From an uncultured virus (IMG/VR IMGVR_UViG_3300032070_000004) (taxonomy: Duplodnaviria > Heunggongvirae > Uroviricota > Caudoviricetes): 64,000 nt of DNA. The stretch's first letter is position 1, and each line of letters starts with the position of its first letter. Of this stretch, positions 42,880-52,990 are shown piece after piece. The position numbers and the translations under genes are program-made. The notes beneath the pieces are model-generated. The model was given only the letters and a program-made list of their open reading frames with translations, did no database searches and was not told the DNA's origin. The stretch is from IMG/VR virus record IMGVR_UViG_3300032070_000004, one strand, 5' to 3'.

Positions 42880-42971
42880 TCATTGAGAAAGAAAGTATTT
42901 AATATTTCGTATTCGATTTAGGAGCATAATCCGAAGAAACATTTTTATACCCGCGCACGTAAGTTAGTACC

Positions 42972-43157
42972 ATGGCACGGAAAAGATACAATCGCGTGAT
43001 TCAATACGGGATGATAGGAGCTGGTGGAATAGCGCTCGCTGTGGCTGGACCAATGATGGTATCTCGTGGCAAGGTGAGCCCCACTGTGGGGTTCTTGATG
43101 ACAATAGCGGGGATTGCATCAATTGTGTCATCGGTAGTAGGAATTCGGGCGCGGTAA
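42972..43157 (+). CDS. Small two-TM protein
   Basis: Basic N-terminus, two hydrophobic helices, TATA-like box upstream. Confidence 0.65.
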   Translation: MARKRYNRVIQYGMIGAGGIALAVAGPMMVSRGKVSPTVGFLMTIAGIASIVSSVVGIRAR

Positions 43158-43616
43158 TATGAAGAAGTGGGCGGAGGATCAGCTAGAGCGAGTGACTGCG
43201 AAGATATGATGCAATCATAGCGAATCTACACAGTATGATGTACGAAGAATCGTAAGACTATAAATCGAAACCTTTTTTATATTGCACATCCCACGCATAT
43301 ACATAGGTGGGTAACATGATATCGTACATCAAGGTGAGATGCCCCGTGTGCCACGGATCTGGGCAAGTTGAGCCAACTTTCGGGCAAGGGGTCGCAGGAA
43401 CGGCAAGCACGAAAACGTGCCCCGCGTGCAATGGAACGGGGATGCAAGATGTTCGGGTGTAGATCACAAACTCTGCGAGGAGTGCATTCAACCTGAGGAT
43501 CAGACGAAAGAGATGCGGCTCCTGTACGCTCTCAGCGCGCAGATTCATTACCTGATGACACAGGAAGCCGAGAAGATTATGGAGACTCGCGCGGCGGGGC
43601 ATGGGGGGAGGAAGAA

Positions 43617-44123
43617 ATGAAAGGTAAGTACGTTGTGAAAAATGATATGACGATTCCCGCCGGAACATTTATCGACGTAATAGACGGAGAAATCTACTTC
43701 AACAATCGAAAGTCGGAGAAGCTGGAAGAGGTTATATACAAGTCAGAAATCGAACCGCTTTTCGGATCGCTCGCTGGACTTCCACCCGATCTTCATGATG
43801 AGAATGAAGGTCTTACCGAAGAGGAGCGCGAGTGGTTAAGATGCGTGGGCGTTCCAACGCGCACATATCGCCCCGTATCGCGAGTCTCCTATGGAAAGCA
43901 CCCCGAGAAGTGGATTACAAAAATCCTTCGAAAGACCGAGCGTGTTGGAAAAGACCTCGTATTCTATTACTCGGAGGATCTGAGCGAGTACGGGGAGATG
44001 ATCATCGTAGATGATTGGAATTACGGAAAGCACCCCGACGAAGATCTCAGTACCACGCGTGGGTTGTTCGCTCATCTGGATGGAATTCCGGATGAATTGT
44101 ACTATATGGAGGTGAAGGAATGA
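43617..44123 (+). CDS. Hypothetical protein
   Basis: 168-aa ORF. Confidence 0.55.
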   Translation: MKGKYVVKNDMTIPAGTFIDVIDGEIYFNNRKSEKLEEVIYKSEIEPLFGSLAGLPPDLHDENEGLTEEEREWLRCVGVPTRTYRPVSRVSYGKHPEKWITKILRKTERVGKDLVFYYSEDLSEYGEMIIVDDWNYGKHPDEDLSTTRGLFAHLDGIPDELYYMEVKE

Positions 44124-45206
44124 AAACTATGACCCCCGGAGAAGAGACGCGTTCCCTGCGGAAGTTCCCTCTTCCGTCCGAGGTTATTAACCTCACTGAA
44201 GACGACAATTTGCTTCCATCGCGTATCTATCATATTGACAGAAGACAACTGCCGCATCGACTTCAAGGAGAGACACAGCCGTGATCTTGATGAAGTAAAG
44301 TTTCGCGACAAATATCCAAAGGAGTATGAACAAATTCGTAGACGAATGATCGAAGATGCAACAAAATCGATTGATAGCCGCAATATCTCTCTTACCATCG
44401 CAGATGGAATCGTAGGAAAAACAAATGTGGATGAATTCTGTGAGATTACCATTACATCGGTTCCATTTGTAGTGCCGAAGAGACTCGCGCCGCGGGGGGA
44501 GGGTGTCTAATGACACGAACATACATTATCGAAATGCCCGATGACAAGATAATTTGGTTCGAGAGCGAACTTACGGAGCACTCATTTGGGAAGATCGTAG
44601 CGCACGCGGACGACTTTAATGCGCGCTCATTTATCAGGATGTGTCATCTCCCCGTGAACTGGGGAACGTGGGATGAAACTGGGAAGTTCCACGGCAGCAC
44701 GAATTACTCGGGAGAAGCCGTACGAAGCGTTCTTACTCTTGAGCCGAGGTAATCATGAGGTGAAGAAGTATGAACAACAAAATAACAACGTTTCCCAAAA
44801 TAATCGCTGCATGGGTTATACTTGCTCTACCGGCGATCATTGCGTGGGTTCTTATACCGGTTATGACCACATCCGTTCATTGGGCACTATATGCAATAAT
44901 GTCAGTATGCTACTGGGTCATACTCCCATGCGATTAGGATGAGTAACGCATGGAAATCGAACGAGATCCATACCTCCCCACGCGCGAGTGGTACGAGCGA
45001 ACTGCGGAGAGCATGAGAAAGGGCGAGAAGATAGATGCGTTCCTTCTTGTAGAATATGGCAGCCGGCTTCAGAAGATACTCGCAGATTCGTGCGCGGTAT
45101 TCCGGTGTCAGCCGGAACATCTGGTGCGCGTTGTTACTCGGTTCAAGCGAGAAATCGAAGAGAGGGAAGATATAATGATGCAACTCGAATGCGCTATGAG
45201 GTGCAG

Positions 45207-45689
45207 ATGAAATCATACGAAGAGAAATTCGAGACGTACTTAAAACGTCGCATATCTTCTGCACGTAGTGGTGCGATTCGAAGAAGATTGAAGTTCGATA
45301 TAACATCAAAAGATGTTGAAGAATTGCTCGAACTCCAAGATTACTGCTGCTATTACAGCGGTATTAGGTTTGTAGATACACGCGGGATGGGATATTTCGG
45401 AGCGCAGAACAAATATGGGTTCTCAATTGATCGGAAAGATGCATCAAAAGGGTACACGCGGGATAATATTGTGTTCTGTCTTAACATAATAAACACGTCT
45501 AAGGGTAAGTTGAGTGCAGAAGAGTACATTCGAAGGACTCGCGATGAGGCAACAACGGCTTGGCGTGCGGTGGGAAGACCTGATCCGACGGAGGGGGAGA
45601 TATGGGGGTTTCTTGCCAATTCCAACGATTATATGCGCGATGTTGCGCGCGATACCTTACGGAAGGAAAAATATCATCCCTTTCAATAA
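45207..45689 (+). CDS. HNH-like endonuclease
   Basis: CYYSG...SIDRKD.SKGYTRDNIV.C...N..KG. Confidence 0.75.
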   Translation: MKSYEEKFETYLKRRISSARSGAIRRRLKFDITSKDVEELLELQDYCCYYSGIRFVDTRGMGYFGAQNKYGFSIDRKDASKGYTRDNIVFCLNIINTSKGKLSAEEYIRRTRDEATTAWRAVGRPDPTEGEIWGFLANSNDYMRDVARDTLRKEKYHPFQ

Positions 45690-45794
45690 ATGTCCCGTAT
45701 ACGTAGTTAATACGTATACGGGACGTTCTTTCGAGGTTTCGGATAATACGGATAAATCGAAAAACCTTTATATACTTGTAAAACACACGCATAT

Positions 45795-46240
45795 ATGCAG
45801 GTGAGACGCAGGGATACAGTAGTATGGGGTGTTTGGAGTAGGAATTACCCTCTTTAACGTCCCCGAATCACGGAAATCCCATCGTTTTGCCCGCGCACAT
45901 GAAGATGAGGAGTAAAAAACAGGGCGACCCCGGCGGATGGCCCGGGTTTTCTCATCGGATTCATAGGTTCCAACAGCTCTTACGGCTGTACAGACGTAGA
46001 TTTCTCCCCGTCCCACGGGCGTGTGGGACGATTCAACACAACGTTTTCGTTGGGATGGGGTGGGATCGCTAGTGAACCTGTATGCAGACAATCTGTATAG
46101 TGTGCGCGGGGCGATTTCCGCGCGGGTAGAGGTATCAGATACCCCTGCCCCGCGGTACGAGTCTCTGATGGTGCGCGGGGTCAAACCCGTGTGCTATCTT
46201 CTCCCCTGTTTGTTGCCCCCGGGGGCATGGGGAACCAATC
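45795..46240 (+). ncRNA. Putative structured non-coding RNA A
   Basis: Class A promoter at 45753, no credible ORF, many hairpins with nested pairing. Confidence 0.45.
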
Positions 46241-46256
46241 GAATAAGGTGAAAAGC

Positions 46257-46526
46257 ATGACGCGAGACGTACGTGACATCAATGACATGCGCGCACTGGT
46301 GGCAGGTGGAGAGAACCTCCATGATGTAGTGTTTCACTACAAGTGCCCGGTGAGCGGGAAGAGAAAGAAGATTACCCTTGCATACGATGTGCGCGAGGAC
46401 GGTTCCACAGAGAACGGCGCTCGTATGTTCGTAGGCGACAAGACCCGGCTTGATGTAGTTCTCGAAGGAGATGGCAAGTCGGTTCGCACCCTCATCGACG
46501 AAGGCAAAGTTGCATACAAAGGCTAA
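46257..46526 (+). CDS. Paralog of 30927-31199
   Basis: DVVFHYKCPVSGKRKKIT...TRLDVVL; GGTGA RBS. Confidence 0.7.
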   Translation: MTRDVRDINDMRALVAGGENLHDVVFHYKCPVSGKRKKITLAYDVREDGSTENGARMFVGDKTRLDVVLEGDGKSVRTLIDEGKVAYKG

Positions 46527-46672
46527 CCTCCTTACCTAGCAATCTCCGATTGTTCGCGCGGGGCGATTCCCGCGCGCTAATCCCGCCTAGCGAGTCTCAA
46601 TGCACGGGTCAAACCGTGGGCGGGATATTCCCCCGGGGTCTAATCGGGTGACACCATCGCTCAACCGGGGAC

Positions 46673-47049
46673 GTGGGCAGAACAAGGCAAGGTAGCACTA
46701 TATGTAGTGCTCATTGTTCCATTACCCGAGATGCGTGCAGGGCGATGGCTGACGATGGGATCAGAGGTACGCGCGAATCGCAACACGCGGCGCGGAGCGT
46801 GAGTAAACCGCGAGATAAATTTAATTGTGTGAGAAGGTGGTGCGTTTGGGAGCGGGGATCAAGTACCCCCGCGCACCGTTGCCCTTCCGTTCACGTTTCC
46901 TCGATGGAATCTGTGAGTAGGGGCGCGCGTCCGAATAAAAGAACGGGAATAAGGCGCAATCCAACGGCTTTTTTGCCATAGGTCATCCCTCTGGTGGGTA
47001 CGGCGAATCTGTGTGTGTGTCTTTCACCAATTAATCACCCTGCCCACCA
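46673..47049 (+). ncRNA. Putative structured non-coding RNA B
   Basis: Terminal helix GTGGGCAG/CTGCCCAC; internal helix AGGGCGATGG/CCGTTGCCCT. Confidence 0.45.
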
Positions 47050-47087
47050 ACAATATTTTATACTTTTGCAACCCATCAACTAAGTGA

Positions 47088-47162
47088 GCTGCTGTGGTGT
47101 AGCTTGGTCAAGCATTGGGGGTTCTCAACTCCCAGACCCCGGTTCAAATCCGGGCGGCAGCA
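47088..47162 (+). tRNA. tRNA-Glu(CTC)
   Basis: Acceptor GCTGCTG/CGGCAGC+A, loop TTCTCAA, T loop TTCAAAT, TATA-like box upstream. Confidence 0.88.
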
Positions 47163-47496
47163 TCAAGCACCGATTGATGAACAAGGTAAAAACAGAGGTA
47201 AAAATGGCAAAAACACGCACGGTCAACCGTGGGTGGCTCCGCAGGATGGTATCTGATGGGCGTGTGAGGGCGCGAATCGGGTACTCCTATAATGGGCGGG
47301 ACTTAGTACAGGATTCTGATTGGCTTCCCGCTCGGTTTTCGAAGGGGTTTGGTGACTTCATGCAGGGATTTATGAACCTAACCGACTTCGATTTCAGGTC
47401 TCGTTCGGGGTATGCTATGCGAGGCGAAGGCGGGATCATCATTCTGCACGTCCACAGCGACCTCAGCATTGATGTGATGGTAACAGGAGGCAAGTA

Positions 47497-47964
47497 ATGA
47501 AAACTATTATCAGCATTTGTGGGTTCCCATTCAGGTTATCCTCCTATAAGGCGGGAATTTCCCACGGGTTCCCAAATGATCCCAAGGATGATATGGATCA
47601 CTTCATCCACCGGGTCAAGGTTGCACGAGTGGTTGATCCGGGCAAGGTCGCACGGAGTGCATCTTTTCTGTTCTACGGGTCAAACCACGATTACATGAGC
47701 GAGAAGGATGAGCTGGATTTCAAAGGGTTGATAGACGCATTTGCCAGCTTCCTCGATGATGCTCGATATGGGAAATTGAGGTTCGAGGACTTCTGCTCAG
47801 AGCTGGGGTACGACGAGGACTCCCGGCGTGTGGAGAAGATACACAAGGAGTGTGCGAAGGCGCACGCAAAAGTTGTCAAGCTCATGGAAGGCACGATTGC
47901 GAACCTCGATGACTTCATGATCGATGCTGCGAATGAATTGTCAGGTATGGTATGCCAACATTAG
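47497..47964 (+). CDS. Phage-type hypothetical protein
   Basis: FEDFCSELGYDEDSRR.EKI...C motif. Confidence 0.65.
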   Translation: MKTIISICGFPFRLSSYKAGISHGFPNDPKDDMDHFIHRVKVARVVDPGKVARSASFLFYGSNHDYMSEKDELDFKGLIDAFASFLDDARYGKLRFEDFCSELGYDEDSRRVEKIHKECAKAHAKVVKLMEGTIANLDDFMIDAANELSGMVCQH

Positions 47965-48391
47965 GGTGAAACATGCACAAATTTTTATTACTCACATCGC
48001 AACTCGAAGTTAATGGTAGTCTCCCACCAGAGACCCATTCTACAGTCGTGTACGTAGAAGACAGGGATAAGTTCCTGACCTTTGTGCGAGCACAGAACTT
48101 ACAGGTACAAGTCTTCGATAGAGGAAAGGACACCCCCGCCCCGCAGGGCGGGTCTCAGGGGGAATACATCGTTATCATTCCCGCTGGGATGCAATTGAAT
48201 GGCGATGCTGCGATCAAGGACGTTCTTGATGCGGCAGAGATGGAAGAGATCGACCGGCACAAGTGCAAGGCGGTTAAAATAGGGTGAAGCATGAAACTCC
48301 CATGCGAAAGATGCAAAGAATGGATGGGGTGCGCGAAGAACCCCGCGCGGGTTGAGAAGTGCGAGAAGATGAAGAAGTACGTGGAGGAATC

Positions 48392-48583
48392 ATGAAGAAC
48401 GTTGCGATGAAAGTCGAAGGGAATATCCTTACGATCACGGTTGACCTCTCGAAGAATTTCGGGAAGTCGAAGTCAGGAAAGACGATCAGTATCGCGTCCA
48501 CAGAGGGGAACCAACCCATTCCCGGTGGGAAAGAGACTATCCGCGTTGGTGTGAACGTGTACGAGTATCCTCCACGGGTGTGA
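48392..48583 (+). CDS. Small conserved beta-rich protein (possible nucleic-acid binding)
   Basis: GNILTITVDLSK.FGKSKSGKT..IAST.GN. Confidence 0.65.
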   Translation: MKNVAMKVEGNILTITVDLSKNFGKSKSGKTISIASTEGNQPIPGGKETIRVGVNVYEYPPRV

Positions 48584-48585
48584 AC

Positions 48586-49410
48586 ATGGTATCAAAGAGG
48601 TCAATGTGGAAGGGGTTTGTTTCCATCGGGCTTCTTAATGTCCCGGTGAAGATGATCACCATGCGCGAGGACAAGAAGATCAGCGCGCACATGTACCGCG
48701 CGGCTGATCTGTCTCCGATCAAGATGCCCAAGGTGGCAGAGAAGGATGGCGCGGTTGTTCCCTACAACGAAATCGTGTTCGGGTACGAGATAGACGGCGG
48801 GAAGGAGATTGTCATCCTCAGCAAGGCAGAGAAAGAGGCGGCAAAGGTGGAGAGCGATCACAAGATCGCGGTGGAAGGGTTCGTTCCGGTTGAGGAGATC
48901 GATCAGATGTACTTCGACGGGGCGTACATCCTCATTCCCGATGGTATGCCCGGGGCATATTCTCTCCTTCTTGAAGCGTTCAAAGTGCGTGGGAAGGCAG
49001 GGATCGGGAAGATCACCGTGCGGGAGAAGGAGTACATTGCCATAGTCCACGCTTATGAGGGTGGACTGGTCTTATCGACTCTCAAATATCAGGATGAGGT
49101 TGTCATGCCTCGCGAGGTTGACGACCTGAAAGCGCTCCCGGTGGCTAACCCGAATGAGCTCAACCTTGCAGTCAGTATCATTGATGCGCTCGCGGCGAGG
49201 TTCGACCTTACCAAGTACCACGACGGGGCGCGCGAAAAGCTCCTCAGTATCATCGAAGCCAAGAGGCATGGAGAGGTCATAGTGGCAGAGCCGGTGCAGG
49301 TGGAGAAACCCGCAGCTCTCATGGACGCACTGAAGGCGGTGCTGGCAGAAGTGGAGAAACAGAAGGTGGAACACCCCCTCGCCCCGCAGGGCGAGATACC
49401 CGCGAGATAG
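48586..49410 (+). CDS. ku: Ku protein (non-homologous end joining)
   Basis: RSMWKGFVSIGLLNVPVKM, GYE, FVP.EEID.MYFD..Y, FDLTKYHD and LMDALKA motifs. Confidence 0.92.
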   Translation: MVSKRSMWKGFVSIGLLNVPVKMITMREDKKISAHMYRAADLSPIKMPKVAEKDGAVVPYNEIVFGYEIDGGKEIVILSKAEKEAAKVESDHKIAVEGFVPVEEIDQMYFDGAYILIPDGMPGAYSLLLEAFKVRGKAGIGKITVREKEYIAIVHAYEGGLVLSTLKYQDEVVMPREVDDLKALPVANPNELNLAVSIIDALAARFDLTKYHDGAREKLLSIIEAKRHGEVIVAEPVQVEKPAALMDALKAVLAEVEKQKVEHPLAPQGEIPAR

Positions 49411-49416
49411 GTGATC

Positions 49417-50385
49417 ATGCAGAAGTTCGGTGTTGAAGTCTTTGAGCCGATGGGATGCGGTGACGGATCAATTGATCTCCTCACTCATCTCCATGTTGAT
49501 AGAGAAGTCATTCAGTACAAGTATGATGGAACCCACGCGCTCGCGCACAAGACGAGTCCCACGGGTCGGATTGTCATGCCCGGTCGGTCGTGGAAAACCA
49601 ATTTCGCGGAGAACCCTCTCTATGCGGATATTGTGAAGGAGCTTCGTGACATACCGGTTGATGAGTTCATCCTCGATTCTGAGCTTACCTTCTTTAATGC
49701 GGCGGGAAAGGACATGATGCTCACGGCGAACGCGACGATTCCCGAAGCACGGAAGCTGGGGTTGACACCGCGCCTGATGGTGTTTGACTTGATCTCCGTT
49801 CTCGGTAAGAGCGCGCGCAACTTGCCCCTCTATCAGCGGGTCGAGGCACTTCAGATGATGCTTCCCAAGGATCTGAAGCATGTCCGGTTGGTGGAATCCC
49901 ACCAGGACTACCGACGGTTCAAGGAAATTTTCGACGAGATAACCGTCCGGGGTGGCGAGGGTGTGGTAATGAAACCCCACCAAGCTCCATACATCGACGG
50001 GGACGAGAAGCTGAACCGGAAGGTAAAGAACTTCATCACCGAGGACTGTGTGATCATCGGCATTACTCGCGGCGAGGGTTCCCGGGCTGGTGGGTTTGGC
50101 TCCCTGATTCTTGCCCAGTGGGTCGCAGGTGAACTGCAATATGTGGGCAGGGCTGGGACTGGTTTGAATGGGGCAGAAATCGCGCGCTTGAAGAAGAAGA
50201 TTGAGACGATCCCCGAGGAGAAGTATGATTTCCTCTCTGTAAAGGACGTGGCGCGCACCGTCAAGCCGGTGATGGTTGCTGAAGTCAAGTACCTGAATCG
50301 CACCATGACAGGACTCCTGAGGATGCCCGTGTATGTTAGGGAACGCGAGGACAAAACCGCAGATATGTGCAAGGTGAAGGTGTGA
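49417..50385 (+). CDS. ATP-dependent DNA ligase (minimal, LigC/LigD ligase-like)
   Basis: KYDG, LDSE, VFDL, EGVVMK, KVK; OB domain YVGRAGTG and LRMPV. Confidence 0.92.
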   Translation: MQKFGVEVFEPMGCGDGSIDLLTHLHVDREVIQYKYDGTHALAHKTSPTGRIVMPGRSWKTNFAENPLYADIVKELRDIPVDEFILDSELTFFNAAGKDMMLTANATIPEARKLGLTPRLMVFDLISVLGKSARNLPLYQRVEALQMMLPKDLKHVRLVESHQDYRRFKEIFDEITVRGGEGVVMKPHQAPYIDGDEKLNRKVKNFITEDCVIIGITRGEGSRAGGFGSLILAQWVAGELQYVGRAGTGLNGAEIARLKKKIETIPEEKYDFLSVKDVARTVKPVMVAEVKYLNRTMTGLLRMPVYVREREDKTADMCKVKV

Positions 50386-50566
50386 ACATGGCACAAAAAC
50401 TTCCATATGAAGATGATCCGGTTGGTGAGAAAGAATGGTATATCGAGCTCACCGGGCATTTCGCAGTAGAGGCAAAAGACAGGGATGAAGCTATCAAGAA
50501 GGCACGCGAGATTGCAGTGCAATTCCCATTCAAGCTCGACGCGACATTTGCAGAGCGGGGGTAATC

Positions 50567-51160
50567 ATGTCACGTGTTCTTTTTGCTCTTCTCGCTATCG
50601 CGGTGACATCGTTTGCATGGGTATTTCTCATCACGCAAACATCGTATTTTGCACCCGACCCCGTAATCATTGAAGTTCCTACGATAGTCGAAGTTCCTAC
50701 GATAATAGAGAATGTAACTTATATCCCGGTAGAGACGGTTATCGAAAAGAACATTCCTGTTCCCGCCGAGATTCTTTCAGATCCCATACGGCGGGAGCAG
50801 CTCGTTGTAATACCGGGCGAGAGTATAGAATCGTGCGCCCTGCGGATGAGAAACTACACGTTTACCGACGCTGAGTTCGTAGCGGCGGTTCAAAGACAGG
50901 TACTCCTAGCGATGCATTACAAATTCTATGTAGATCCGCGCCCGGTAGACGTTGCATGGCAGGAAAAGAGTGGGGATTGTACCGACTCCGCAAATATCAT
51001 AGTTGCCATGCTCAAATATGGTGGGATAAGCGCGCATACGATCCACGGGGTTACATTGAGCCACGGTAAGTTACACGACAGGCTGCGTGTTACTTTCGAC
51101 GTGGATGGAACTGGGGTTCCAACTAACGATTTCAAGTATATTGGAGAAGGAGTATGGTGA
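50567..51160 (+). CDS. Membrane-anchored transglutaminase-like protein
   Basis: N-terminal TM, EVPTI repeats, GDCTD and a later His. Confidence 0.65.
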   Translation: MSRVLFALLAIAVTSFAWVFLITQTSYFAPDPVIIEVPTIVEVPTIIENVTYIPVETVIEKNIPVPAEILSDPIRREQLVVIPGESIESCALRMRNYTFTDAEFVAAVQRQVLLAMHYKFYVDPRPVDVAWQEKSGDCTDSANIIVAMLKYGGISAHTIHGVTLSHGKLHDRLRVTFDVDGTGVPTNDFKYIGEGVW

Positions 51161-51842
51161 AAAACATGACACCGGGAGATTACACTTTCAAGAAAGGATG
51201 CGAAGACCTCATCCATGTGAAGAACGCAGTGCGGTTTTTGCTCTACCGATGCAAGGAGATAGACGATGAGATACGCACCTACGGCGCGGATAACGAGGCG
51301 TACCAATCCCTGATCGATGCAATTTCAGGCACCAAGTGGGATACCCCCACCCCGCCGCGCGAGTCTCGCCCCGCGGTCGATGAGCAGAAGCTTCTCAAAT
51401 GGGTAGGCATCCATGCAGACACCAGCAACCCGCGTGGGTTTGTAGTGTCGGTTAACGATTTACAGGGTGCGATACGAAGAGGAGAGTTCAAATGATGAAA
51501 CTATCCACAGCTATAATTTTTGGCGTTTCAGCAACATTCTTTGGAATTACGACGAATCTGATAACGCATTCGTATGTTGGTGTCTTTGTCACCGAAGGAA
51601 TATATTTCTTGTTTCTTGGGTTGGATCATTGGCTCAAACCAGACAAGGTAGGGTCGCGTGAGGAGGGTAAAACATGAAGCGGTTACACAAGACCATCAAG
51701 AACAATTTCTTGTTTCGGATCGAACAAGAGATCCGGATATTCCTTTGGAAACCATTCTACCCTCCGGAGCTCTTTGAGCACGATCCGGATGGGGGCACGA
51801 GAGCGGTGTACGTCGGATATTTCGAGCGAAAAGAGGACTTAC

Positions 51843-52880
51843 ATGGAGAGAAAACTTGCGACCATTGCAAAGATACTTGACATCCAACCTATTCCAAACG
51901 CGGACGCAATAGAGGTTGCGACCATCCGCGGGTGGAAGGTTGTAGTCAAGCGGGGCGACTTCCGCGCGGGCGATATGTGCGTGTACTGCGAGATTGATTC
52001 CCTCATGCCCCGACGCCCGGAGTTCGAGTTTCTCGCGCCACGAGGCTACCGTATCAAGACCGTGAAGCTCCGCGGGCAGGTCTCGCAGGGCATTGCGTTC
52101 CCTCTGACAATACTCCCTGAACCAACGGGCATGGGAGAGGGAACCGAGGGATGGGATGTAACGGATCTCATTGGCGTGATCAAGTACGAACCCCCGATCC
52201 CCGCGCAGCTCGCGGGACTCGTAAAGGGGTTATTCCCCGGGTTCATTCCGAAGACGGACGAGGAGCGAGTCCAGAACATTCCGTGGGTTCTTGAGAAGTA
52301 TTGTAACGTGGACTTCTATGCAACTGAGAAGCTGAATGGAACGTCCATCACCTGCTACCTGAAGAACGGGGAGTTTGGAGTGTGCTCGCGGAACCTTGAG
52401 CTCAAGGAGACCGCGGATAACACGATATGGCAGACTGTTCGCAAGTTGAAGGTCGAAGAGGAGATGCGAGGAGCCACCGCAGAGATCAGTGCTCATTGGA
52501 ATTATGCCTTGCAAGGCGAGCTTGTGGGTGTGGGGATCTCAGGGAACCAGTACCAGTACAAGATGAATGACCGTACCATTATGTTCTACAATGCATATGA
52601 CATTGATAACGGGGAATACTTCAATTTGGAAGAGTTCTCGACAATGTTCGAGTTTATGAACCTCTCGATGGTTCCGATGGTCAGCCGGAAGTTCTCGCTT
52701 CCCTGCTCGATGGATACGATGCTTGCGCTGGCAGACGGTCGGAGCTACATAAACCCGAACGTGAATCGTGAGGGGATTGTAGTTCGGAGCATCGTGGAGC
52801 ATCACGAACCGGATATACCGAATGGGCGGCTTTCGTTCAAGGTAATCAGCAATCAACACCTGCTCAAAGAGAAGGAGTGA
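51843..52880 (+). CDS. RNA ligase, DRB0094/Rnl2-like family
   Basis: IPNADAIE, VYCEIDS, LRGQVSQG, FIPKTDEERVQN, TEKLNGTS, QGEL, REGIV and FKVIS motifs. Confidence 0.9.
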   Translation: MERKLATIAKILDIQPIPNADAIEVATIRGWKVVVKRGDFRAGDMCVYCEIDSLMPRRPEFEFLAPRGYRIKTVKLRGQVSQGIAFPLTILPEPTGMGEGTEGWDVTDLIGVIKYEPPIPAQLAGLVKGLFPGFIPKTDEERVQNIPWVLEKYCNVDFYATEKLNGTSITCYLKNGEFGVCSRNLELKETADNTIWQTVRKLKVEEEMRGATAEISAHWNYALQGELVGVGISGNQYQYKMNDRTIMFYNAYDIDNGEYFNLEEFSTMFEFMNLSMVPMVSRKFSLPCSMDTMLALADGRSYINPNVNREGIVVRSIVEHHEPDIPNGRLSFKVISNQHLLKEKE

Positions 52881-52990
52881 ATCGTGGCAAAACAGTTTCT
52901 TATCGACGTAAAAGATGGGGATGAAGAAGGCGCGCAGGAGTCACCCCACCCACATCATCATCAGGTGGGAGAATACATAAGGAGGTCAAG

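Noticed and set aside
46749..46780. Hammerhead ribozyme core (CTGACGA)
   Set aside because: No correctly placed GAAA or flanking stems.
49468..50406. Long antisense ORFs (also 57704-58699 and 3138-3677)
   Set aside because: Shadows of better-supported genes on the opposite strand, with no motifs of their own.
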